Shown here piece by piece: positions 34,177-42,901 of a DNA stretch of 64,000 nt. The notes under the pieces were generated by a model. It did not search any database. It was given only the letters and a program-made list of their open reading frames with translations, and was not told the origin of the DNA. Position 1 is the first letter of the stretch. Each line of letters begins with the position of its first letter. The DNA comes from Candidatus Latescibacterota bacterium. Lineage in GTDB: Bacteria; Latescibacterota; UBA2968; UBA8231. The stretch spans positions 3,712,001 through 3,776,000 of the forward strand of contig CBDFJF010000002.1 of assembly GCA_965248265.1 (NCBI GenBank), read 5' to 3'. The position numbers were made by a program, and so were the translations under genes.

Positions 34177-35702
34177 GGAGCCGCCTTCGCCTTCTCCGAT
34201 TCGGAGTCCTCCATGTCGTCTGCGCCGCCGACAACCTCAGCCTCCTCAGCCCGCATGATGCCGGAGGCGCATACCACCAATCCAACAGCCAGCCAGAATG
34301 GCTCCATGATGCGGACGATGATGAAGGTGTTGGCGCCGACTGCATGGACCAACAGACCGACGGTTCCGGCCAGCAACCCGGCGGCAAGCCCTTTGAAGAG
34401 CGGATCCTTGGCCCGTTCGAACACATTGCGGGCCTCCCGAAAAACGCCTACAACCAAGGCACCGAAAGCCACCACTCCGAGCAATCCGGTTTCGGCCAGG
34501 ACCCGTGGGTACTGTGCATCCAGAAACTTGTAACCGGTTACTCCGTATCCCCAAATCGGGCTGTAGAGGGCGTCCGCAAAGGCACCCTGCCAGCTTTCCA
34601 GGCGCTGGGATGTCGAGGTGTCCAAACGAACGTCACCGACTTGGACCTGCGTAAGGTGGCTCTGCCTGCTCTGCCCCCAGGTATGGCTGATTCGATCTTT
34701 GACGGTTTGCGGCATAACGGCCACCCCGAGCGCGCTAATCGCAAAGAGGGCGATGATCATGACCAAACGTGTCCGCAAACTTTTGTTGAGCACGATGAAG
34801 GCTGCGTACACGAACGGGGCAGCCAGGTACGAGCCTCTCGATAGGGTTGCCAGGAAAGGCACAATGATCAACGTAAGCAACCCGATCAACCATATCCGCT
34901 GGGACCGTGTCCGCAGCTGCATGATAAGGCCCCCTGCCAGTGCCGCGATGAAAAGCAGATAGCCGCCAAGGGTATTCGGTTCGCCCTGTTCCCCCTCGAA
35001 AGGTGCGGCGACACGTTGCCCGGTCGGAATCTGCGCAATCGCGACGAAACACACGATCACGGCCGTCAGCAACATGGCCACCGTGAACCGTTTGATCTGT
35101 TCTCTGGTATGGATGTTGTTGGCGACGACGAAATAGATGACGAAGTACTCGATGTACTTCAGGACGAAGAAGAAAGCGGTAACGCCGGTTACACTGCCGA
35201 AGATCATGCCGAGGCTCGTCGCCAGAATGCATGCAGCCGTGTAATAACCGATGGGCCGGTTCAGGGCCGTACTGCGCACCAAGCCCAACTCCTTGTGCAC
35301 CGCCATGCGGGTGAGCCAGGCGAACGCCATGACGACAAGGAGCAGGTCTTCCGTGCGCAGGGTGACCCCTCGGCCAGCCGTGGTTCTGTTGGGATCGGAC
35401 AATCCCCCCACACCGAACTCCGGTGACAGCAGCATCGAGAACACGAGGACGTAGAGGCTGACTTCGGTATTGATAAAGCAGAGGATGAAAACGACGATTG
35501 CGATGACGAGTCCGGCCCCGATCTCGAACGGTAGTCCGGCCAGTGCGGCCGCAAGCACCAGGCACGCCACAAAGATGACAGCCAGCAGCGGCCCATGAGC
35601 CAGGTTCAGGCCATGGTTACCAGAGGAGGGGTGTTGCGGTGGCACGTTCGAGATGGCGTTCTCCTTCGATATACTGTCGCCGGGGTCATCGTCCGGCGTC
35701 AT
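34173..35702 (-). CDS. O-antigen ligase / Wzy_C family membrane protein
   Basis: About 12 TM helices, EPNTLGGY, TLSRG, periplasmic loop, SPIWGYG, ETGLLG. Confidence 0.85.
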   Translation of the reverse strand: MTPDDDPGDSISKENAISNVPPQHPSSGNHGLNLAHGPLLAVIFVACLVLAAALAGLPFEIGAGLVIAIVVFILCFINTEVSLYVLVFSMLLSPEFGVGGLSDPNRTTAGRGVTLRTEDLLLVVMAFAWLTRMAVHKELGLVRSTALNRPIGYYTAACILATSLGMIFGSVTGVTAFFFVLKYIEYFVIYFVVANNIHTREQIKRFTVAMLLTAVIVCFVAIAQIPTGQRVAAPFEGEQGEPNTLGGYLLFIAALAGGLIMQLRTRSQRIWLIGLLTLIIVPFLATLSRGSYLAAPFVYAAFIVLNKSLRTRLVMIIALFAISALGVAVMPQTVKDRISHTWGQSRQSHLTQVQVGDVRLDTSTSQRLESWQGAFADALYSPIWGYGVTGYKFLDAQYPRVLAETGLLGVVAFGALVVGVFREARNVFERAKDPLFKGLAAGLLAGTVGLLVHAVGANTFIIVRIMEPFWLAVGLVVCASGIMRAEEAEVVGGADDMEDSESEKAKAAP

Positions 35703-35939
35703 TCAGTCACACACATATCCTGTGCCAGGCGCAGGAACTATGGAGGACACGCGCCTCTGGGGTCTACATCCAGGGGGGGAAGGACAGAGTTTCGAGGTTC
35801 AGCGCAAGCGAAAGTGAGGTCAGCGCCGGACTGGCGCGACAGATCGAGCCAATCCGCTAGCCGTCCGTCCTCTGCACACCTGTGTGAGCATCAGATATCT
35901 ATCAGTAAATATATGTATTTGGATGTTTTTTCGTTTGTG

Positions 35940-38900
35940 CTATATGTCGACGGAGGCGTTCTGAACCTCGATGACATCGGCGATATAGTGACGGGCTTCA
36001 GCAGCGGTCTCGAAAGCTCCAACCTGGAGAGAGATTGCGGCGTCTGTTGTTCGCATGTGTGCCGCATGGGTCAGGTCACCCAGGTGTTCGAGAACCTTGT
36101 TGGCGTGCTCACGGTGCCCGTACCGCGCCAGTTCCACTGAATACGGCAATCGCAAAACCGAGAACTGATCGACAATCTCTCTGTGCTGCAAATCGCTGGC
36201 ATGGCGGAAGGCGTCATCCCAGCTGGCGAAACGTCCGATGATGAGACGTTCGAATAGCTTCCCTTTTATTCTCTTCTGAGCCAGGAAGGCGCTTTCGCCT
36301 CCCTGCCGGAGCTCATCCACGGCTTGTGCCGACCACTCACTCCCAGGCGCATATGAAGCAACCCTAATCACGTACGGCTCCGCGTCTTCGACCACAATGC
36401 GGACACTGTTTACGTGAGCAGTCTGGTCTGGAACGACTGAATTCAGCGTATGGTTACCCCTTAGGTTGTGTGAGGTAACCGATTCTTCCATAGTGATATC
36501 GAGACTTCCCATTTCCGCTGCCTGAAGCGATGGGGCCGAATCAGGGACTCCGGTAGCTTCGACGTAGTAGCTGCCAGACTGTCTGCTCATGTCTGTTGCG
36601 GCGGCGACGATCCCGGGAGCGATCCCCGGAGCGGTCCCCAGAGCGTCCTCGACATCGTCCTCGACCGCCGGAGATACGGAGCCAAAGAGCACCGGAAGCA
36701 ACCCGAGCGGTTTCTTCAGGTAGCCGCTCTGCCATAGCAACCCCAGTCCCGTCACAACAATGGCCAGGTAAGCAAGAATCCTCTTTACTGTACTTCGGGG
36801 CGAAGACTGGGACATATCACCCAATCGAACTGGGGCCGTTGTCCGATTCTGGCGTCCTCCCTCTCCGCCCAGGTCGACCGCCGGTTCGTCGGCCTCCACA
36901 TCCAGACCGAATTTTTTCTTCCACCGTCGGGTTGTATCCTGGACTCGTTGCGCGAAAGGCCTCTCTGGAGCCGTGACCTCGCTGCCATAAGCATAGTAGG
37001 CGTTGTACCCCATATCGTGGAAGTCGGAGCTCATTTCGGCGCGGATACCGTTGAGGACAACTCCGAGTAGTTCGATCTCAACGCTGCGCAGCAGACTCGT
37101 CGAGCGCTTGAGCGAAGTCCGAGCAACTTCCCCAGCCTTGTACACCACCAGCGTGCCATCCACCTTTTTGCCGAGGATTGCCGCGTCCGTCACGTGCAGG
37201 ACGGGGGGTGAATCGATCAGGACGACATCGTATTCCTCTTTGATTTCGTCGATGAATTCAGCCATGGCCCTCGAATTGAGCAGTTCTGTCGGATTCGGAG
37301 GTATGGAGCCGCTGGTGATGATGTGAAGATTACCGATGCCCTGAGTCTGGAGTATGTCCTCCATTCCCATGCCACCAGTGACGATATCGGTCACCGTACG
37401 AATCACATCTCGCCAGGCATGATTGCCGACTATGACCTCCGTTACGCCAGGTTCCTTGTTGAGGCCAAACACGCGGGCGATGGATGGTTTGCGTAAATCG
37501 CAATCAACGAGCAACGTGCGTTTACCCAGTTGAGCCATTGTCATTGACAGATTTGAGATCGTCGTGCTCTTGCCTTCAAAGTGCATGGAACTGGTCACCA
37601 TCAGGCACTTGGCACCCTTCTCGACCGTGACGAATTCGATATTCGTGCGGAGCGTCCGGTAGGTCTCCGCCAGTGTGGATTGTGGGTCAAAATAGGTGAC
37701 CAGCTGGGCCTTGCGTTGCATCAACCGATCATCGGATACGTCGACATCGCGCCGCATCAACGATGCCCGCACATCATCCACATTGATGAAGGGGACGATT
37801 CCGACAACCTGCATGCCGGTGTATTCCTGGACGTCCTCGATCGTGCCGATGGAGGTATCCAGCGTCTCTGCCACGACGGCAAACACGACCCCGAGGATCA
37901 ACCCCAGCAACAAGCCCATGATCGCGCGTTTGAGCGGATGGTGGGGATTGATCGGACGTGTCGGCGTGGTTGCCCATTCGAGGACGGTTACTTCCTCCAC
38001 CTTGTCAGCCTCACGGATCAACGCCTCCTGGTAGCCCTCTTCCAGGGCCGTAACCACTTGTTGGCGCATCGCCACTTCCCGCTCAAGCCGGGACAATTCC
38101 AATCCCATCGAGGGCAGCTGGCTGTAGGAACCCCGCAACGAGGACAGCAGCTTACGTTCGGCAGCCAGGTCTTTCTGTAGCGCCTGCTTGCGTTGTTTCA
38201 ACTCGCCCAGAAGACTTTCGCCAATCTGGTCGATTTGTACCTGGAGTTGAAGTATCGTCGGATGATCTTCGGTGTATTGGACGAGCAGTCCATCGCGTTG
38301 CAGCTTCAGACTGTTCAGCTGTCGACTCATGGAGACGAACGCCTCGCCGACCCTGATCCGGGACACCCCCTGCAGGGTTTTCTCGGATAGGCCGTTTTGA
38401 CCTTCCATCTCAGCGGCCATGTCACTGATGATGCCCAGATCCTGCTGCAGCCGTTGGCTGTCGCGTTCAGCACCAGTGATCTGTTGTAGATTGACGCTGG
38501 CCTGCGACTCCAGCGAGATCAAATCGGTTTTCTCGCGATATGCACGCACAGCGTCTTCAGCCTCTGCCAGCGCTGAGCGGGCACTGCCGCGTTGTCCCTC
38601 CACGAACTCGCGGTGCGTAACCGCCTGGTGATTCTTTAAATCGTGATCGTAGTCGCGATAGACCCCCGCAATCGTGTTGGCCAGATCACGAGCGCGTGGG
38701 GGACTCAGATCCGTAGTCTCGATGGAGATGATGTTGGTGAATCCCTCTTGCGAGGTGTTGATGCGGGTATACAACCCGAGCAGGACAAGCGCAGAATCAT
38801 CTGCAGTGGTCGCTTGAGTGAACAGCCCGAGCTTGCTGCCGGTGCGCTTGAGAACGGGATGGCTGGTGATGATGGCACGTTGGGTCTCGATCTCATCGCC

Positions 38901-39116
38901 CGAGTTGTAGGCGATAGTCTGCAGATAGAGGCCCGTCAGATTCTGACGAAGGCTGATCTGTACTTTGGCGACAGCGTTGTAGAGGGGGTCAGGCTGCCAG
39001 ACAGAAGCGATCAGAAAACTGAAGAAGCACAGTAGAACGCCCGTGAAGAATACGATACCCTTGCGGCGGCGCAGGATGCGCCAGTAGTCCCTCAGGGTAA
39101 CTTCGTACTGTGCCAT
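35940..39116 (-). CDS. wzc: Wzc-type polysaccharide co-polymerase/tyrosine autokinase with extra TM and SPOR-like C-terminus
   Basis: TM1, coiled coil, TM2, ETYRTLRTN, EGKST (Walker A), VDCDLRKP, LIDSPP, YNAYYAY Tyr cluster, then TM3 and two SPOR-like repeats. Confidence 0.88.
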   Translation of the reverse strand: MAQYEVTLRDYWRILRRRKGIVFFTGVLLCFFSFLIASVWQPDPLYNAVAKVQISLRQNLTGLYLQTIAYNSGDEIETQRAIITSHPVLKRTGSKLGLFTQATTADDSALVLLGLYTRINTSQEGFTNIISIETTDLSPPRARDLANTIAGVYRDYDHDLKNHQAVTHREFVEGQRGSARSALAEAEDAVRAYREKTDLISLESQASVNLQQITGAERDSQRLQQDLGIISDMAAEMEGQNGLSEKTLQGVSRIRVGEAFVSMSRQLNSLKLQRDGLLVQYTEDHPTILQLQVQIDQIGESLLGELKQRKQALQKDLAAERKLLSSLRGSYSQLPSMGLELSRLEREVAMRQQVVTALEEGYQEALIREADKVEEVTVLEWATTPTRPINPHHPLKRAIMGLLLGLILGVVFAVVAETLDTSIGTIEDVQEYTGMQVVGIVPFINVDDVRASLMRRDVDVSDDRLMQRKAQLVTYFDPQSTLAETYRTLRTNIEFVTVEKGAKCLMVTSSMHFEGKSTTISNLSMTMAQLGKRTLLVDCDLRKPSIARVFGLNKEPGVTEVIVGNHAWRDVIRTVTDIVTGGMGMEDILQTQGIGNLHIITSGSIPPNPTELLNSRAMAEFIDEIKEEYDVVLIDSPPVLHVTDAAILGKKVDGTLVVYKAGEVARTSLKRSTSLLRSVEIELLGVVLNGIRAEMSSDFHDMGYNAYYAYGSEVTAPERPFAQRVQDTTRRWKKKFGLDVEADEPAVDLGGEGGRQNRTTAPVRLGDMSQSSPRSTVKRILAYLAIVVTGLGLLWQSGYLKKPLGLLPVLFGSVSPAVEDDVEDALGTAPGIAPGIVAAATDMSRQSGSYYVEATGVPDSAPSLQAAEMGSLDITMEESVTSHNLRGNHTLNSVVPDQTAHVNSVRIVVEDAEPYVIRVASYAPGSEWSAQAVDELRQGGESAFLAQKRIKGKLFERLIIGRFASWDDAFRHASDLQHREIVDQFSVLRLPYSVELARYGHREHANKVLEHLGDLTHAAHMRTTDAAISLQVGAFETAAEARHYIADVIEVQNASVDI
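36608..36643. repeat. 3 x 12-bp imperfect tandem repeat in the wzc linker
   Basis: cgatcccgggag cgatccccggag cggtccccagag; encodes LGTAPGIAPGI. Confidence 0.75.
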
Positions 39117-39128
39117 GATCGGGTCTGA

Positions 39129-39824
39129 TCAGCTGCGTCGTCCGGTAGCCCTTCGAGGCCGCCGTCCGTATGCGGGCGGCTCGGGCCGGTCCGAATCATC
39201 CTCCGCGGCCGATTTGGGCGATGCAGTCTTCGGGGAACCAAGGGGCGGTGTCTGAGACTCAGCGCGATCAGGACCGGCCTCTCGGAGACCGTGTACCTGT
39301 CCGACGAACTCCGACGGAATCTCGCGCGTGAGCACGACTTCGCCACGAGCGAAAAACTCGATATCCCCGTCATCATAGGCCTTTTTTGCCAGGATCTCAG
39401 CTACACACGGGGTACCAACCTCCCGGCTTCTGGACTTCGCCGAGTCGAAATCCATCGACAGATGCAGGTACGAGCGATCGACCGGATGGATGCCGTTTGC
39501 CTCCATCCGGCTGCCGGCCTTGGCCGTCGTCCCCATGTAGAGCTTCTCTGGAGGATCCATCGGATCGCCATCCATTTCGACAAAAAAACTATGCCCGTAC
39601 AGGGCGCGAATTCTCTCGTCCACAATTTCGAACCGGTGTTGGCTGGTGTCAGCCACGAGATCTCGCACGGCCTCGTCCGTGGCTTCGTCATAGCGCTCCT
39701 GCACAACCTCGACGACCTCATCGAGAGGTATGAAGCCGAACTCATCGATGTTGAGCCCGAATTCATCGGGTCGATGACGTAGAATCAGCGACAGTAGCTT
39801 TGATATGCGGCTGCGATCAACCAA
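39129..39824 (-). CDS. kptA: RNA 2'-phosphotransferase (Tpt1/KptA)
   Basis: SKLLSLILRH, RFE, IRALYGHS, R..LHLS. Confidence 0.85.
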   Translation of the reverse strand: MVDRSRISKLLSLILRHRPDEFGLNIDEFGFIPLDEVVEVVQERYDEATDEAVRDLVADTSQHRFEIVDERIRALYGHSFFVEMDGDPMDPPEKLYMGTTAKAGSRMEANGIHPVDRSYLHLSMDFDSAKSRSREVGTPCVAEILAKKAYDDGDIEFFARGEVVLTREIPSEFVGQVHGLREAGPDRAESQTPPLGSPKTASPKSAAEDDSDRPEPPAYGRRPRRATGRRS

Positions 39825-39844
39825 CGGAGTTCTCCCTTGTTAAA

Positions 39845-39922
39845 ACGACTCGCTACGACTTGAAGCAAGCAATACTGACACGACTCGCACAGCGAGTCGC
39901 TACGACTTGCAACGCAAGTCGT
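39845..39922. repeat. Tandem palindromic repeats between purE and kptA
   Basis: CGACTCGC-aca-GCGAGTCG (39881-39899) and ACGACTTGC-aac-GCAAGTCGT (39902-39922), plus half-site copies at 39845-39862. Confidence 0.85.
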
Positions 39923-39925
39923 CCT

Positions 39926-40378
39926 TCACTTCCATTTCTGCCGGTACTTGTCGATGGCCTCACCGATTGCGGAATCCGACAGGGCCAGTATCTGCGCGGC
40001 CAGCATGGCGGCATTACGCGCGTTATCGATACCAACTGTCGCCACCGGAATCCCGGGTGGCATTTGGACGATGCTGTAGAGCGAATCAGCTCCGCCCAGA
40101 CTGGAGGCCGCAATCGGCACGCCGATTACGGGAAGCGTCGTATGAGCGGCCAGCACCCCCGGCAACGCAGCAGCCAAACCAGCTCCGGCGATCAACACCT
40201 TGAGCCCCCGTTTGGCGGCACCGGTTGCGTACTCGGCCGTGCGCTGTGGATTGCGGTGGGCGGAGCATACCTGGGTCTCGAACCCAACGCCCAACTCATC
40301 GAGTACCCCTTCGGCCTTCTTCATGACGGCCTCATCCGAGGAACTGCCCATGATGATTCCGACCTCAACTCCTGCCAA
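39926..40378 (-). CDS. purE: N5-carboxyaminoimidazole ribonucleotide mutase
   Basis: [39 protein letters not shown]. Confidence 0.95.
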   Translation of the reverse strand: MAGVEVGIIMGSSSDEAVMKKAEGVLDELGVGFETQVCSAHRNPQRTAEYATGAAKRGLKVLIAGAGLAAALPGVLAAHTTLPVIGVPIAASSLGGADSLYSIVQMPPGIPVATVGIDNARNAAMLAAQILALSDSAIGEAIDKYRQKWK

Positions 40379-40438
40379 ATCCCACCTCCATCTCTATTGT
40401 CATCTACCGACCTCTGTCGGGGCCACTGGATAAGTAGA

Positions 40439-41587
40439 CTAAGCCATTTTCTTGCGCAAGATCGCCGGATATTCGAGGTATTCCCGAGGCATCACGCCCG
40501 TCTCCTCCTCTTCCTGCACAATCACCGGCTCCTCTATCTCGCCGCGGGTGCGAGCTGTGCGCGAGCGCACCGATACCCTCGACGGCTGGGCAGCCGGCTG
40601 TTCGTCCGTGGCCTCGTAGCGGCCTTCCTTGTTCATGTAAAAACCCGTAGCGATGACCGTGACCCGCATCTCATCCACCAGCGACTCATCGATGACGGTA
40701 CCAAAAATGATATTGGCCTCGTCGCCAGCAGCGCTCTGGATGACTGAAGCCGCTTCATTGGCCTCGAACAGCGTCAAATTCGATCCCGCCGATATATTGA
40801 TCAACGCGCCCTTGGCCCCCTCGATGGAAATATCTTCGAGCAGCGGGCTCTTGATCGCCTTTTTCGCCGCTTCGATAGAGCGATTCTCGCCTCGATGAGA
40901 GCCCATGCCGATGATGGCATCGCCGCCCTCCGTGATCACCGTCTTCACGTCATTAAAATCCAGGTTGATCATACCCGGCACCGTGATCAGATCGGCGATT
41001 CCGCGAGTCGCCTGCAGGAGCACATCGTCCGCCTTGGCGAAGGCCTCCTCCAGCGTCGTGTCACGTGAGCATACCGACAGCAAGCGCTGGTTTTTGATTA
41101 CAATCAGCGTATCGACATGGTCCTGCAACTCGGCGATACCGGCCTGGGCATTGCGCATACGTGGGAACCCCTCAAACTGGAAAGGCTCGGTTGCGATACC
41201 GACGGTGAGAGCCCCTTGATCCCTGGCGATCTCAGCCACCACCGGAGCGGCCCCCGTGCCGGTGCCACCTCCCATGCCAGCCGTGATGAACACGAGGTCC
41301 GTGTCCACCAGCTGCTCGGATACCTTGTCCCGATCCTCTTCTATGGCTTGCCTGGCGATTTCCGGCTTGGCACCGGCTCCCAACCCGCGCGTGATGCTCT
41401 CACCGATGCATATACCGACACCGGCAGACGACACCTCCAAATCCTGGTTGTCCGTGTTCACGGCGATGAAGTCCACCCCGTGCATTCCCGAGGCCACCAT
41501 GCGGTTTATCGCATTGCCGCCCGCACCGCCTACTCCGATTACCTTGATGCTCGCTTTTTGCTCAAAGTCTATGATCTTGAAAGTCAT
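40439..41587 (-). CDS. ftsZ: Cell division protein FtsZ
   Basis: GVGGAGGNA, GMGGGTGTG, INLDFND; SD AGGAGG before ATG 41587. Confidence 0.97.
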   Translation of the reverse strand: MTFKIIDFEQKASIKVIGVGGAGGNAINRMVASGMHGVDFIAVNTDNQDLEVSSAGVGICIGESITRGLGAGAKPEIARQAIEEDRDKVSEQLVDTDLVFITAGMGGGTGTGAAPVVAEIARDQGALTVGIATEPFQFEGFPRMRNAQAGIAELQDHVDTLIVIKNQRLLSVCSRDTTLEEAFAKADDVLLQATRGIADLITVPGMINLDFNDVKTVITEGGDAIIGMGSHRGENRSIEAAKKAIKSPLLEDISIEGAKGALINISAGSNLTLFEANEAASVIQSAAGDEANIIFGTVIDESLVDEMRVTVIATGFYMNKEGRYEATDEQPAAQPSRVSVRSRTARTRGEIEEPVIVQEEEETGVMPREYLEYPAILRKKMA

Positions 41588-41626
41588 TTCGCACAACCTC
41601 CTGGCTAGTCTGCAACGTCTCTGCCG

Positions 41627-42901
41627 TTACATCAGTGTGTTAAACCACTCCTTCATGCGTCCTGTTACGGTCTCCAAACGACTATCCGACATCGCCAATC
41701 GCGAACTCCTGCGAACGGCGAAGGGTGCTCCATTCCCGGCCTCATCGGGCTCGAGAGAATCAGCAGCCAGATGCACCAACCCGACAGCTGTACAGAACTC
41801 GGGACTTACTACCTTTTCGCTTAGTCCCACGACTCCCTCCCCCGGACCACCAACGCGCACGGGCACTCCCAGTGCGCGTTCGGCCAGCTCCGCGCAACCG
41901 GGCATCTGAGCTCCGCCGCCTGTGAGAACGACGCCAGCCCCCAAGGCTGTGCTCCCGCCGCTGGCCTGTATGTGATTGTCTACCTGCAGGAAAATCTCCT
42001 CCATCCGCGCTTCAATGATCTCGGCGACTTCTCTCTGGAAAACGTGCTCCGGTTCGCGGCCAGCGATGCTCGGCACAGCCAATGTAGCTTCCGCATCGAC
42101 CAACTCGGCAAGCGCGCCGCCGTAGGCGTGCTTGATCTGCTCGGCGGTCGGCCATGAAGTACGCAGGCAAATTGCCATGTCGTTGGTTATGCTCTGTCCC
42201 CCCATGCCAACTACGGCAGTACGACGCACACTTCCTTTTGAGAACAGGGCGACATCGGTCGTGCTGCCGCCGATGTTGACGACGCAGACCCCGAGCTCAC
42301 TCTCCTCGGGATCGAGCGCTGCACGGGCACAGGCCAGTGATTCCAGCATGACGTGATTCACCTCAATCCCGGCGCGCTGAACGCTGCGACATATGTTCTG
42401 CACCGATGTGACGGCAGCAGTTACGATGTGAACGCTGGCTTCGAGGCGAACGCCGCTCATACCAACGGGGTCCCGGATCCCCTCCAATTCATCGACGGCG
42501 AATTCTTGCGGAGTTACGTGGAGCACTTCGCGGTCGAAGGGAATCGCCACCGTTCGCGCCGCAACCACGACGCGCTCCAGGTCCGCTGACGTGATCTCCT
42601 GCTCCAGTCCTCCGACAGCGATGGCACCACGACTGTCAAGGCTGCGTATGTGGTCACCGGCGACCCCGGTGCAGACGGAGCGAATTTGGAATCCGGACAT
42701 CACAGCCGCCTCTTCAACTGCGGTCGTGATCGATTGCACCGTACGCTCTACATCCACGACGACACCTTTGCGCAGACCGCCCGATGGGGATACTCCGACA
42801 CCGATGATCTTGAGCAGTCCGGCCCGCTCCCGCTGTGCGACGATGGCACGACTCTTGGTCGTACCCAAATCCAACCCGACGACGACATCTGCTTCAACCA
42901 C
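41627..42901 (-). CDS. ftsA: Cell division protein FtsA
   Basis: GLDLGTTK, GLRKGVV, IGGSTTD, LTGGG; SD GAGGAG before GTG 42901. Confidence 0.95.
   Translation of the reverse strand: MVEADVVVGLDLGTTKSRAIVAQRERAGLLKIIGVGVSPSGGLRKGVVVDVERTVQSITTAVEEAAVMSGFQIRSVCTGVAGDHIRSLDSRGAIAVGGLEQEITSADLERVVVAARTVAIPFDREVLHVTPQEFAVDELEGIRDPVGMSGVRLEASVHIVTAAVTSVQNICRSVQRAGIEVNHVMLESLACARAALDPEESELGVCVVNIGGSTTDVALFSKGSVRRTAVVGMGGQSITNDMAICLRTSWPTAEQIKHAYGGALAELVDAEATLAVPSIAGREPEHVFQREVAEIIEARMEEIFLQVDNHIQASGGSTALGAGVVLTGGGAQMPGCAELAERALGVPVRVGGPGEGVVGLSEKVVSPEFCTAVGLVHLAADSLEPDEAGNGAPFAVRRSSRLAMSDSRLETVTGRMKEWFNTLM

Noticed and set aside
35703-35939. Possible riboswitch/ncRNA between wzc and the ligase gene
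   Set aside because: An AT-rich patch is present but I recognise no aptamer consensus; an Infernal/Rfam scan would be needed.
39800-40747. 315-aa plus-strand ORF
   Set aside because: Antisense to purE/ftsZ.
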